A DNA stretch of 41,393 nt. Origin: Candidatus Latescibacterota bacterium (lineage in GTDB: Bacteria > Latescibacterota > UBA2968 > GCA-2709665). A model generated the notes under the pieces. It was not told where the DNA came from. It ran no database searches and saw only the letters and a list, made by a program, of their open reading frames with translations. A program made the position numbers and the translations under genes. Below are positions 27,881 through 38,081 of the stretch, piece after piece (the stretch's first letter is position 1; each line of letters begins with the position of its first letter). The stretch lies in the NCBI GenBank assembly GCA_963662665.2, contig CAXXJS010000047.1, positions 1-41,393 on the forward strand, given 5' to 3'.

Positions 27881-30800
27881 TCAGAGGTTCCAAACATCCG
27901 CTATCCGCCAGGTGTCCCCCGGAGCGACGTCGTAGATATAGAACGGTGTTCCGGAAAACGCCGCCGCGTCGCTGGCATCAGCGAGCGTAAGCCTGCCTTT
28001 TTCGCCCGATTTCAATCGGGGTCCGGTCTGGCCCCGCGTTCGTGAGATGGTCTTGCCATCGAACAGGTCGCTCACAACCTCCAGCTTCAGCATCGGCGTG
28101 TCCGTGAGCAAGGTCGCGCCGTCCACCGACCCGATCCTCCCCTCGCTCAATAGAAAGTCCATCCCGTCGAGGGATATCCGATACCGGTCCTCTCCCGCCG
28201 CCTCGACGCCGGTCACCTCGTACGACGAATTGCAAATGTAGCCGGGATACGCAACTACAATCGTCCGCCCCGTCAGTGAACCGTCCACCGGAAGCGGGGC
28301 CCGCGACGAGACGACGATCCGGCGACGGGCGATATCCACAACATCCACCTCTCCCACCCATTCTCCCGCACCCTCCATCCCAACGTCTCCAAAGCGGAAC
28401 GTCTTACCATTCACCACCTGCGCCCGCGTGATGGTATCGCCCGCCCGCTCCACGAACGCCCAGTCTCCCTCGAACCGGAACGGCAGGCCGTCCGCCTCGC
28501 CTTCCACGGCCCCGTCCACGCCGTGTACGATGTAGTGGACCCGGCTGCCTATCTCGACCCTCATGCCCGTGGTTCGCCCACCCACCGACAGCGGCGCGAC
28601 CCCGTCAATATAGGGCGTCCCTGAAAACGGCTCCAGAACGCCCGCAAACCGCGTTTCCTTCCCATCCAGTCCCGATCGCCGCACAATCACGTACCGGTCC
28701 CATGGGCTGTGGCCCTGCAGTCCCGTCCCCTCGGCGAGCCCGGCGATCACCGTTGAACCCGCCGCGCCTGTCATATGAAGCCGGATTCCGGCGCCGCTTT
28801 CTTCAGCCCGCCAGGTTGCCGTCAGCCCGCCGTCCGTCGCGGCCCGCGAGACGTCCTTCACAAACCCGTATCCGGGCGCTTCTCCAAACTGGACGTCGGG
28901 ACCGGCGAGGGTGCCTTCGCTCTGCTTCTTGAAGGACGCGCCCCCGGACAGCGCGATATCGAACCGTTCCGCGTTCTCCCCGGCCCAGCTGTGGAAGCTG
29001 TAATCGTGCTGTGCGCCGCCCGCGATCCGGAACAGGTCGACCATATATGCCCGCTCTTCATCCACCGGGACGAGCGCCACCGCCCTGCGGTACAGGTCCG
29101 CGAGACCGGGATAGGCCCGCTCGGCAGACGCATCGGCCAGGCGCACCCATGGCCCGTCCACCAACAGATTCAGGCTGCCCGTTGCGAACACCTGGTTCCG
29201 GCCGTCGATCAGCGCGGTGCAGTGACTGGCCGTATGGGTTTCCCACCCGTCCTTTTTCGGCGCCACCCAGCTTGGCGGATAACCCAGATCCGCGGACAGA
29301 TCATACCCGTACGCGATGATATTCACCGCCAGCTTGTCCATATGCCCGTGACCCCGGTTCCCCTTCCCGTAGTTCAGAACCACGTGCCGGCGGCTGGATT
29401 GTTCATCGCCCGCGCGCAAGATGCAGAACCCCGAATCGTGCAGCACATCGCTACCGGGCGATAGATCTTCCGTTGCCGCGGCCCCGCTCCACGGTTCGCA
29501 ATGGAACAACGTGTAGAGGTCGCCGCCCTTGCGCGCGGCGTCCGGATCTCCGCCGGTGCCCGAGAGGATTCGCCGGGCATAACGATCACGCGCCTCGGGC
29601 AGACGCAGGTAGCCAATCTCGTCCTCCAGCGAATAGCGCGTCCGCAACACGCTATTCCTTCCACCGCCCGTATCCCCGATCAGGGGGACGCGCCCGTCGC
29701 AGTCCACCGCGTTCGCGAATTCCATCATCTCCCGAAGCCGGAACCTCGGGTCCCGATACAGGTCAAACGGAGACGTAAAGTGGTCTCCATCTTCAAACCC
29801 GAGGGTCCATTCGGCGGCATGCAGCGCCCCCCGTATGTTGCCCGCGCCGTAGCCGATCGAGTCGTACCAGAACTTCCCGTCCCGGAAGAAACTGTTGGAC
29901 ATCACGTTGTAGAGTCCGGTAGGCGCATTCAGGGCCTGCCTGATCATCGCCCCGTTCTGCATGCACGCACCCACCTCGAGCAGACAGTAGAGCGACGACG
30001 TCAGGAAATCGCCGCCTGCAATCGGCAGCGTCCGATCCAGAAACTCGTACGCATACGCGAACAGGTTCCGGTGGATATTAAATATGATATCCTCCGTTGT
30101 CGCCGGTCCGTCTCCTTCACGCCTGGCCTCGAAGAACCCGACGAGTTCCCTGTCCTCCCGAATCGCGTCAAAGATCAGATCGTAGGTGAGCGCCACGTTG
30201 GTCAGGAAGGACTGCTCCCGTCCGGACGCCTCCCCCACGTAGCCCCGGATCGGGTCCTTGCTATTGTCGTAGGCCTCGTATCCCTCCTTGATCCCCCGCA
30301 ACCTCCCGTACACGTCGGCCAGACGGTTCAACAGGAGCCCGGCCTTGTGCGCATATTTTCGCTCGCCCGTAAAAGCGTAGGCCAGCGCCAGCGCCTGTGA
30401 GGCGGGGCGTCCCTGGTGCCCGTCGCCCGTCTGAGGAGCGTAGGGATTCGAAAAAAGCCGGTAGAGCAGATAGCACCGGTACGCCCCCGTGAAATAATAC
30501 GTGACGCCGGCATTCATAAACCCGTCCGGGGCCACCCAGCCCGGCCCGTCATCCACCATTTGTACCGGGGCTCCCGTGCCCGGATTGACGACCTCGATGC
30601 CCTGGTACCACCACTCGCCCCCCAGGTTGCACCGCCACTGGTATGGATGCAGAAGGTCGCCGTCGAGCGTGGACCGGTTGCCCCCGTGTATGGGACACCC
30701 GTCGTACTGGGCCACGGTCAGGGCCATTGGATTCTGCGTTGGCACCATCGCATAGAGCGTCTCGTTGGAGAACGCCGCCCAGAAGTCGGCATCCCTTACG

Positions 30801-31057
30801 ATCTCGTCCACCATGTCACGTGCCCAATCCAGCCGCTTTGCGTTCCGCCTGGCGCGCTCCAGGTCCTCGCGATTGTAGATACCATCCAGCCCCTGCCGTT
30901 TTCCGGCGCCGATCACCCCTTCGTGGAACCGCGCGGCGCGCGCGTACCGGTCCGGTTCGTGATCGGGGAGCGGCTCGCGTAGATGCAGGTCCTCGTATAG
31001 CTCCCGCAACGCCGACTCATCCTCGACGATCTCACCCTTCACAGGCATTCTGACCAT
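27881..31057 (-). CDS. Heparinase II/III-like polysaccharide lyase
   Basis: DGKFWYDSIGYG, PLIGD, SGFCILR, GHGHMDKL, DLGY, HCTALIDG; AAGGAG RBS before ATG 31057. Confidence 0.78.
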   Translation of the reverse strand: MVRMPVKGEIVEDESALRELYEDLHLREPLPDHEPDRYARAARFHEGVIGAGKRQGLDGIYNREDLERARRNAKRLDWARDMVDEIVRDADFWAAFSNETLYAMVPTQNPMALTVAQYDGCPIHGGNRSTLDGDLLHPYQWRCNLGGEWWYQGIEVVNPGTGAPVQMVDDGPGWVAPDGFMNAGVTYYFTGAYRCYLLYRLFSNPYAPQTGDGHQGRPASQALALAYAFTGERKYAHKAGLLLNRLADVYGRLRGIKEGYEAYDNSKDPIRGYVGEASGREQSFLTNVALTYDLIFDAIREDRELVGFFEARREGDGPATTEDIIFNIHRNLFAYAYEFLDRTLPIAGGDFLTSSLYCLLEVGACMQNGAMIRQALNAPTGLYNVMSNSFFRDGKFWYDSIGYGAGNIRGALHAAEWTLGFEDGDHFTSPFDLYRDPRFRLREMMEFANAVDCDGRVPLIGDTGGGRNSVLRTRYSLEDEIGYLRLPEARDRYARRILSGTGGDPDAARKGGDLYTLFHCEPWSGAAATEDLSPGSDVLHDSGFCILRAGDEQSSRRHVVLNYGKGNRGHGHMDKLAVNIIAYGYDLSADLGYPPSWVAPKKDGWETHTASHCTALIDGRNQVFATGSLNLLVDGPWVRLADASAERAYPGLADLYRRAVALVPVDEERAYMVDLFRIAGGAQHDYSFHSWAGENAERFDIALSGGASFKKQSEGTLAGPDVQFGEAPGYGFVKDVSRAATDGGLTATWRAEESGAGIRLHMTGAAGSTVIAGLAEGTGLQGHSPWDRYVIVRRSGLDGKETRFAGVLEPFSGTPYIDGVAPLSVGGRTTGMRVEIGSRVHYIVHGVDGAVEGEADGLPFRFEGDWAFVERAGDTITRAQVVNGKTFRFGDVGMEGAGEWVGEVDVVDIARRRIVVSSRAPLPVDGSLTGRTIVVAYPGYICNSSYEVTGVEAAGEDRYRISLDGMDFLLSEGRIGSVDGATLLTDTPMLKLEVVSDLFDGKTISRTRGQTGPRLKSGEKGRLTLADASDAAAFSGTPFYIYDVAPGDTWRIADVWNL

Positions 31058-31163
31058 GTCGCCTCTCCTTCCAACTTGTTCGGGAAGCCTATTGATCATG
31101 AGAGAACCAGGCTCTTCCTTCCCCGTCAACTCTTTTTCATCTTTGCCTTCTTTCCTTCCTCTC

Positions 31164-31476
31164 CGGCGCCGTTCGGCACGGGGTTAGAAGGGGAAAGTCG
31201 AATGATGGGTTACTCTCCGGATCTGTCATGTCATTTCCCTTTATCCTTCGTTTTTTTTCTTCGCCCTTTTTCTTTTTCGCCAAAGAAAAAGGGCCAAAAA
31301 GAACGGCGCCGCTCAGACGCCGCGGGGCTGCTTTTCCACGAATCGCCTCAAGTGTGAAATTGCAGTTGGGTGGCCTACAAGCCTGTCAGATGTACCAGTA
31401 CTGTTGTGCTGGACGGAAAAACGCGGAAAAGCCCCCACTCAGCCACCGGACGCTCGAACGGAAAAACCTGCGATTG
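31164..31476. other. Candidate large structured intergenic element (ncRNA or repeat)
   Basis: 11-bp IR CGGCGCCGTTC/GAACGGCGCCG enclosing nested hairpins; further pairing 31324-31337 with 31425-31435. Confidence 0.35.
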
Positions 31477-31519
31477 GGAGCGACCTACCCCCTGTCACCT
31501 CTTGAAGGGGTTTCTGTCT

Positions 31520-31667
31520 CCTCCCCCTTTCCCCCCTCTCCCCGTGAGGGCCCCCGCGCCGTCATTGTCTCTATACTGGCGCGGTTATCGCTAACTGAAT
31601 CGCCAGGCCGTATCGCCAACCCTCCCCCTCTCCCTTGGGAGAGGGGGCCGGGGGGAGAGGTCCCCCC
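31520..31667. repeat. Family C ~145-bp element (inverted relative to 23782-23926)
   Basis: Visual alignment to reverse complement of 23782-23926. Confidence 0.8.
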
Positions 31668-31909
31668 GCCGATAGCTATGAGCATTTTCCGAGCGGTCCA
31701 TGGGGAGATGTGGATGTTGGTTTCCGCCATTTGCTTTTCGTTTTTAGCTGACAGCTTTTCTTTGTGCCTTTGTGTCTTCGTGTGAGCTGATTTTTAAATC
31801 CGGCTGACTGCTGATTGCTTGCAATTCGCCGGGGAATTTCCGTAATTTTGAAGCCGCTGCTCGAAGTCACCCGGTCCAACCGGACCTTCTCCAGGAGACC
31901 GTTCAAACA

Positions 31910-32985
31910 ATGCGAAAACCCCTGAAACTCGCGGTTGTGGGCGTGGGGCGCATCGGCGTGTTCCACGCCAGGCACGTTCAGGAACTGGGCGAATCCGAAG
32001 GACGTGCGAACTGGCCGCCGTGGTGGATGGCTACGGCAGCACCGCGGTGGACGTTGCCCGAAAGCTGCAGGAAAACCAGACATCCGAAATCCGCGCGTTC
32101 AGGAGCACGGCCGACCTGGCGGACGCCCGCCTGATCGACGCGGCCGTGGTGGCCTCCAGGACCGGAGACCACGAATCCGACGCACGGACCCTGATTGACG
32201 CCGGCTGTCGCGTGATGCTGGAGAAACCCCTGACCCACTCGGTGGAGACCGCCGCCAACTTCGTCCGATACCTATCGGAAGATAATACGAAAAAGCAGGC
32301 CCTCATGCAGGCCTTTATGAGACGCTTCGACGAACCTCTGCTCCATGCAAAATCCCTGCTGGACGGGAACGCCATCGGCGCCCCGTTCAAGGTCGTCTCC
32401 GTCCTCGAAGACCCGCATGCACCGCCGGTGGGCTACAGCAGCCCCGGCATCCTGCCGGACATGGCCGTGCACAACGTCGATGAAGCGATCTGGCTTCTGA
32501 ATGCGAGACCGGAACGGGCCAGCGCCTTAGGCGCGAACCTGCACAACTTCAGAATAACGACGGTTAAGGAAGACTTTGACGACGCATTCCTGCAGATGAC
32601 GTTTCCCGGCGACGTTGTCGCGCAGGTCCATGTGAGCAGAAACCACGTGGCGGGGTATCGCAATGAAACGTGGATCTACGGCGGGGACGGCCTTATTCAC
32701 GTGGGCCGTTTCCAGGATGATCCCCTGCGGGTGACCGTTGAAGCGTACAACCGTGAGGGCGTGATAGAAGAGAAGGTCTTCCGGATGAGGGATTACGGCG
32801 AGGACGTCCCCGTATTCATCGAACGTTTCGGCCCCGCTTACAAGCGGGAACTGGCGTATTTTATCGACCGGCGCCTGAAAAACGAGCCCTTCAGCGTCAC
32901 CCAGCAGGACGGCCTCAATGCGATGCGGGTGGCCGAGGCAGGGGTCCGGTCGCTACGCTCGGGAGCGCGCGCGACAACCGTATGA
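31910..32985 (+). CDS. Gfo/Idh/MocA oxidoreductase (inositol dehydrogenase-like), split by a 1-nt deletion near 32000
   Basis: LAVVGVGRIGVFHA then shifted frame CELAAVVD..LEKPL..FMRRFD..DMAVHNVD; one added G gives EGTCELAAVVD. Confidence 0.85.
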
Positions 32986-33005
32986 ACCCGCGATGGAAAC
33001 ACTGT

Positions 33006-34064
33006 TCACGCGAGCGGAAAATCCACCCGGCAATTCCCGCCGTGGTGCGACTTCAGGATCCCCATCATGATCTCCACCGTCTTGCGCGCCTCGCGCGCGG
33101 GCGAGACCATCTCGCCGCCGTCTTCCAGTATCCGGATCAGTTCGGCCACCGCGGCCGTCTGATTTTCCATCGCGTATTTCCCCGGCAATATGGGCGATGC
33201 AGCCGACTCGTAGTGCGACCTGCCCCGGATCAGGGACGCGCCCTGGTCCGAGATCTCGATGCGTCCATCCTCGCACGTCAGCGCGAATTTCGATCCGGGA
33301 AAGTTCACCTTATACGCATTGTAGAACGCCCTCACGCCGTTGTCGAACCGGATGTATGCCGATGCGTACGGATCGACCGCCGGATCTTTCCCGCCGTCCC
33401 CCTTGTATTCCGTGAAATGCTCGAACCCTTCCTCCAGTTCGGACACCAGCCATAGGGGGTTGGCCTCGGCAAAGAAGCAGATCATGTCCAGCAGGTGGGT
33501 GCCGTTCCGGAACATCATCGCCCTCCGGCTGAATTGCTCGCACACAACCGTGCGCAGAGGACCGATCTCTCCGCTGCGAATAATCTCACGGGCTTTCAGA
33601 TAACTCGAATTCCAGCGCCTCGTATGCTCAATGGAGAGCAGCGCTTTGTTGGCTTCGGCGGCGGATATCATCCGGTCTGCGTCTTCCAGCGAGGTAGCGA
33701 TCGGCTTTTCGCACAAAATGGCGCGCGCGCCGCACTCGGCCGCGGCCACCGTCATATCCGCGTGAACGTGGTCCGAAGTCGCCACGCTCACCAGGTCCGG
33801 ATTCTCCACCTCCAGCATCTCCCGGTAATCGGAATAAAGTCGCACGTTGGGCCACACGTCGCCCCACTGCGCCTTGAAATCCGCCAGCGCTTCCGCCCGC
33901 AGGTCGCACACACCCACCACTTCGGTCCGGGGATGCCGATCGTAGGCGCCGGCGTGGGAGCCGGGCATCGGACCGTACACCGGAAGGTGTTCATCTTCCT
34001 CGGGCCGCCTGGCGCCAATGCCGGAGAGACCGATGATTACGGCGCGGTATTCGGGTTTTGACAT
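33006..34064 (-). CDS. Gfo/Idh/MocA oxidoreductase
   Basis: IIGLSGIG, VVGVCD, VSVATSDHVH, CEKPIA, HTRRW, GTHLLD; GAAAGGA RBS before ATG 34064. Confidence 0.9.
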   Translation of the reverse strand: MSKPEYRAVIIGLSGIGARRPEEDEHLPVYGPMPGSHAGAYDRHPRTEVVGVCDLRAEALADFKAQWGDVWPNVRLYSDYREMLEVENPDLVSVATSDHVHADMTVAAAECGARAILCEKPIATSLEDADRMISAAEANKALLSIEHTRRWNSSYLKAREIIRSGEIGPLRTVVCEQFSRRAMMFRNGTHLLDMICFFAEANPLWLVSELEEGFEHFTEYKGDGGKDPAVDPYASAYIRFDNGVRAFYNAYKVNFPGSKFALTCEDGRIEISDQGASLIRGRSHYESAASPILPGKYAMENQTAAVAELIRILEDGGEMVSPAREARKTVEIMMGILKSHHGGNCRVDFPLA

Positions 34065-34395
34065 GTTCGTGTCCTTTCTGACGCGGCTTCGCAATGCCGA
34101 AGCCAAAACGGTAAGACGACAATGAGCGCTACGGGGTCATCCGCAAATGCGTCGGTCAATCGGACGCCCGAACTGTGAGGAAGCCAGTGTGAGGGTGGGG
34201 CAGACATTCCTGTCTGCCTGCCTCGCGAAAGGCTGACGAAGCGTCGAAGGGCAGGCGAATGGTCTGCGGACTGCCTGAACGCGGGCGTTTCGACAAGCCA
34301 CTTCGGCAAGCTCTGCGCAAGCAATGACCACGCATGGATATGTTCAATGAACGTCATTGAGCCGCGAAAGGGATCACACCGGTCCCATCCGTATC

Positions 34396-34929
34396 ACTCC
34401 CCCCTTGAGGGGGAGTCGCAGAAGCCGAGCCTGTCCCGTGAGTCTACGGTCCCTCGGCTTGCCTGCATTGAGCCTGTCGAAATGTCGAAGGGGCGGGCGA
34501 CGGCTGATGCGGTGGGGGGTTTGTCAATTCCTCGTAGATCCTCTCCAGCACCCCAAAACAGTTATCAACCACGTCGCGGTTCCAAAAACGCAACACTCGG
34601 TAGCCTTGCCCACGCAACAATGCCTCACGCTTGCCGTCGTCTCGCTTTTTCACGTGGTGGCCACCGTCCAACTCGACAAGCAATTTCCGGGAAAGGCAGG
34701 CAAAATCCGCAATGTAGGGGCCTATTGGCTGTTGTCGACGAAATTTGTAGCCACCCAGTTGCTTGTTGCGCAGGAAGTGCCAGAGTAAACCCTCGGCCGG
34801 CGTTTGGGTCCGTCGGAGAGTTTTGGCTCTTTCGAGGGTTAGTTGGGAATAGCTACGCTCGATCTCCCCCCACCGGCGCGCCTTCGGGCTGACGCCCTTG
34901 GCTTGCCGACTCCCCCTCAAGGGGGGAGT
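34396..34929. mobile_element. Putative DUF559 cassette bounded by perfect 23-bp inverted repeats
   Basis: ACTCCCCCCTTGAGGGGGAGTCG (34396-34418) and exact reverse complement CGACTCCCCCTCAAGGGGGGAGT (34907-34929). Confidence 0.55.
34444..34854 (-). CDS. DUF559 / Vsr-like endonuclease (start codon uncertain)
   Basis: RAKTLRRTQTPAEGLLWHFLRNKQLGGYKFRRQQPIGPYIADFAC..LLVELDGGHH..GYRVLRFWN. Confidence 0.88.
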   Translation of the reverse strand, partial: SYSQLTLERAKTLRRTQTPAEGLLWHFLRNKQLGGYKFRRQQPIGPYIADFACLSRKLLVELDGGHHVKKRDDGKREALLRGQGYRVLRFWNRDVVDNCFGVLERIYEELTNPPPHQPSPAPSTFRQAQCRQAEGP

Positions 34930-35174
34930 CATCGGCGTTGTCCAGCCGCGGCCGGTCGACGACAAAGGCAAGGCTCTACTTTCGACTCTTTAACGCAAAC
35001 ACGAATCCCTTGGCAGATAATATGCAGTCTCACGTATCGACTCCGGATTGAAGTTTATATGAAGCTCTTGATGGCCCTTACCGCCACCCAATAAAAACAT
35101 GGTTTCGTCCTGCATCCCTGAGGGCTCAATACCCTTTTTTTCATCGACCTGGTTGCACCGGGTGTCCATAAGTC

Positions 35175-36329
35175 CTATTTCAGTTTCTCCAGCGCTTTTC
35201 GCGCGCCTTTGTGCTCTTTGTTCAATTTCAGGACGTTCCTGTACGCGTCTCGCGCGAGGTTGCGTTCTCCCTTGCGTGCGTAGATTCGGCCCAGCCTGTA
35301 GAGTCCGTTGGCGCGGGCCCTGCGCCAACGCGCCGGCACCTGACTGAGATAGGCCGTCAGCGATTCCAGTCCCAGGTCCAGTTCCCTCCCGGTCAGGGCG
35401 GAGAAGCTGCCGATCGCATAAAGTGCCTGGAGCCGGAATCCCTCTTCCGTCAGCGCGTTCTCGAAGGATTGTACGCCCGTGTGTGATTCGGCCGCCAGCG
35501 CCGCGAGCGCTTCCGCAGCCACTTCAAGGCTGCGGCGAGCGGCCCGGAACGCCTTTTCGTTTTCCTTCTCCAGCCGATACAGGTTGCTCAATCGCCGCAG
35601 AACCGGGCCACGGTCGGGATGGGACTGCAGAAACGTCTCGTAGACCCGGATCGCTTCGAGACGCCGCTCGTCGCGGAGATAGTGCGTCGCCAGCGAAATA
35701 ACGGGGCGGACGTTGCCATTTGCTTGCGCGACCGCGTCAAGATAGGCCTTTTCGCGTTTGTCCTGCGCCTTTTCCTTTGCGTGGATGATGGCCTGCACCA
35801 TGTGGCCTTCCATCGTGTTCCGGGACGCAATCTCCGCGGCATGTTTCAGCGCTTTATCCTTGCTGCCTCCCACAATCCCCGGCGCGCGAAGGTGATACTC
35901 CACCAGCGCGGTCCGTGCGGCGAGGTGATCGGGATCCAGCCGGACCGCTTTCTCCAACGCCATGCGCGCGCGCCGGGCGTGTCCGGGTTTCCTGAAAATA
36001 TTGGCTTCCTGCGCCTTCGCGCCATACATCTGTCCCAGCCGGTATTGGTAATCCGCCGTTGCGGAATCGGCCTTAACGGCCTTCTCGAACCAATCGAACG
36101 CCGCTTTGACATCCCCTTCCCAGGTGTTGATACGTCCCAGCAGATACGAGATTTGCGCGCGGTCGGGCGCGGGCAGGTCGAGTTGTGTCCTCAGACTGTC
36201 TTTGGCATCGGCATATCGGCCCGCGATGAATGCCGCCAGAGCAGGTCGAATCTCCGGATCCGATGCTTTGAGGGTCGTCGTGGACGCAATCAGAATGATG
36301 ATGCTGCCAAACAACCTGTATCCTGCCAT
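35175..36329 (-). CDS. Secreted TPR protein
   Basis: N-terminal signal-like segment (MAGYRLFGSIIILIASTTTLKA), TPR-like helices, YHLRAPGIVGGS motif. Confidence 0.75.
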   Translation of the reverse strand: MAGYRLFGSIIILIASTTTLKASDPEIRPALAAFIAGRYADAKDSLRTQLDLPAPDRAQISYLLGRINTWEGDVKAAFDWFEKAVKADSATADYQYRLGQMYGAKAQEANIFRKPGHARRARMALEKAVRLDPDHLAARTALVEYHLRAPGIVGGSKDKALKHAAEIASRNTMEGHMVQAIIHAKEKAQDKREKAYLDAVAQANGNVRPVISLATHYLRDERRLEAIRVYETFLQSHPDRGPVLRRLSNLYRLEKENEKAFRAARRSLEVAAEALAALAAESHTGVQSFENALTEEGFRLQALYAIGSFSALTGRELDLGLESLTAYLSQVPARWRRARANGLYRLGRIYARKGERNLARDAYRNVLKLNKEHKGARKALEKLK

Positions 36330-36386
36330 TCAAAATCCCTTTTTGCTTGCGGCACAAGCGTTGTTCCCCAGCCCCCGCATCTTTTC

Positions 36387-38081
36387 TTACGCCTGTTGCC
36401 ACAGTCCATGAAAATCGGCGTATAGCGCGTTTCGGTCCAGCAGTTCTTCGTGGCTGCCCGCGTCTATACCGGCGCCGTCCATCACCAGTACCCTTTGGGC
36501 GCGCCGGGTGGCCGCCATGCGGTGCGCGACGACAATCAGCGTGCAACCCAGCGCCATGAACGCCCGCTCAGCGCGTTCCTCGGCGGCGGGATCGAGGTGG
36601 CAGGTGGCCTCGTCCAGCACGAAAATGGGCGACGCCGCCAGGTGCGCCCGCACCAGGGTTACCAGTTGCCGCTCCCCCTCCGACAGACCGGACTTCGAGA
36701 GGTTGACTTCGGCATCCGGGCCTCCCAGCCGGTCCAGTACACGATCGAGCCCCACGGCCGCGGCGGACGCGGTAATCTCGTCATCGTTGGCGGAAGGCCG
36801 CAGGTATATCAGATTTTCGCGCAGCGAACCCGCGAAGACATACGCCTCCTGGGGGACCATCGTGACCAGCCGCGAACGGTCCGGCCGCAGAAAGCAAGGC
36901 TTTCCGTCAACCGCGATTTCGCCGCTGTCCGGCCGCAGCACCCCTGCCATCAGGGCGGCCAGCGTGGACTTGCCGATCCCGCTCGGACCCACAATCGCCA
37001 CGTGATCGCCGGGGGGGACGTCCAGCGAGAACCCGTTGACGATCGGCTCGCCGGCGCCGTAAGCAAACGTAAGGTCGCGTACAGCCAATTCAGGCCGTTC
37101 ATTCGGCGGCGACGACCCGGATGGAGCGTCGCCAGGCCTGTCGGCAGCCTTCCCGCTGGTCTCCAGCAGGCGACGGTGGTGAACGCGGACCGTGACCAGG
37201 TTTGACAGTCCGTACGTTGCAAATAACGTTGCCGCGCTCAATCCCGCAAGCAGATAGGTGAACGATCCCACCACCTCACCCACGCTCAGAAGATCGCTGC
37301 GGACCAGGTAGGGGACGAAGGCCAGAGCCGTCAGGGCGGGTAACGTGGTGGCTGTCACGTTCACCATTCCGACCCCGACAGCGTGATGGTCTCTCGCCCT
37401 GAGCGACGCCCTGATGGAACGATTGATCCGATCTTCAACGCGGCCCATAGCGAATCCCTTCGCGCCGGCCGCCATCAGGTCCCGTACCGAATGGAGCGCA
37501 CGCGTGACCACGCCGTGGGAATCCTCGTCAGCGAGCATGGCAGCCGTCTCGTTGCGGACTTTGTGCCGGACCACCACGACCTGAATCAACGCGGCGAGTA
37601 CGAGCCAGGGCAGAACGAGCACCAGCAGCGTCCACGACAACGTCGCGAGTCCGACCGCCGAGCCGATGGCGAACAGGCCGATCGGCCCAACGCGAAGGAG
37701 GCGCCCCAGCACGTCAACGAGCGTTGGCACATGCTGCGTGAGCTCCGCGCCGGATCGAATTACCCGGTCTGAATATACCGCATCGCCCAGAGTGTGTCGA
37801 ACGACGTCGCGTGTCAGATCGGCCTGCACCCGTTCCGTTAGAAATGCGGTCCAGTGAGACAGACGCAGCAGCGACCAGACACCCAGCGCGCCCGTGACCA
37901 GCAGAAAGCCGATCCATCCGAGCGCCGCCGTCAGGTCGCCCTCACGCGCCGCGTCTATGGCGCTGGCAATGAGGCGCCCGGAGAGCGCAGGAGCGAGCGT
38001 CACGCCCACGCTCCAAACGGCGATGCGCAGAAGGCAGCGACGGTGTCGCCTTACGTAGGTAAAAAGAGACTGAATGGGCAT
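36387..38081 (-). CDS. ABC exporter, TMD-NBD fusion (AmfA/AmfB, RamA/RamB-like)
   Basis: GPSGIGKST, VPQEAYVFAG, LSEGERQLVTL, VLDEATCHLDPAAEERAERAF, VAHR; TGATG overlap with upstream gene. Confidence 0.88.
   Translation of the reverse strand: MPIQSLFTYVRRHRRCLLRIAVWSVGVTLAPALSGRLIASAIDAAREGDLTAALGWIGFLLVTGALGVWSLLRLSHWTAFLTERVQADLTRDVVRHTLGDAVYSDRVIRSGAELTQHVPTLVDVLGRLLRVGPIGLFAIGSAVGLATLSWTLLVLVLPWLVLAALIQVVVVRHKVRNETAAMLADEDSHGVVTRALHSVRDLMAAGAKGFAMGRVEDRINRSIRASLRARDHHAVGVGMVNVTATTLPALTALAFVPYLVRSDLLSVGEVVGSFTYLLAGLSAATLFATYGLSNLVTVRVHHRRLLETSGKAADRPGDAPSGSSPPNERPELAVRDLTFAYGAGEPIVNGFSLDVPPGDHVAIVGPSGIGKSTLAALMAGVLRPDSGEIAVDGKPCFLRPDRSRLVTMVPQEAYVFAGSLRENLIYLRPSANDDEITASAAAVGLDRVLDRLGGPDAEVNLSKSGLSEGERQLVTLVRAHLAASPIFVLDEATCHLDPAAEERAERAFMALGCTLIVVAHRMAATRRAQRVLVMDGAGIDAGSHEELLDRNALYADFHGLWQQA

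Noticed and set aside
34990-35175. Lanthipeptide precursor near the ABC pair (e.g. MKLLMALTATQ)
   Set aside because: No LxLQ-type leader or Ser/Cys core, and no convincing RBS
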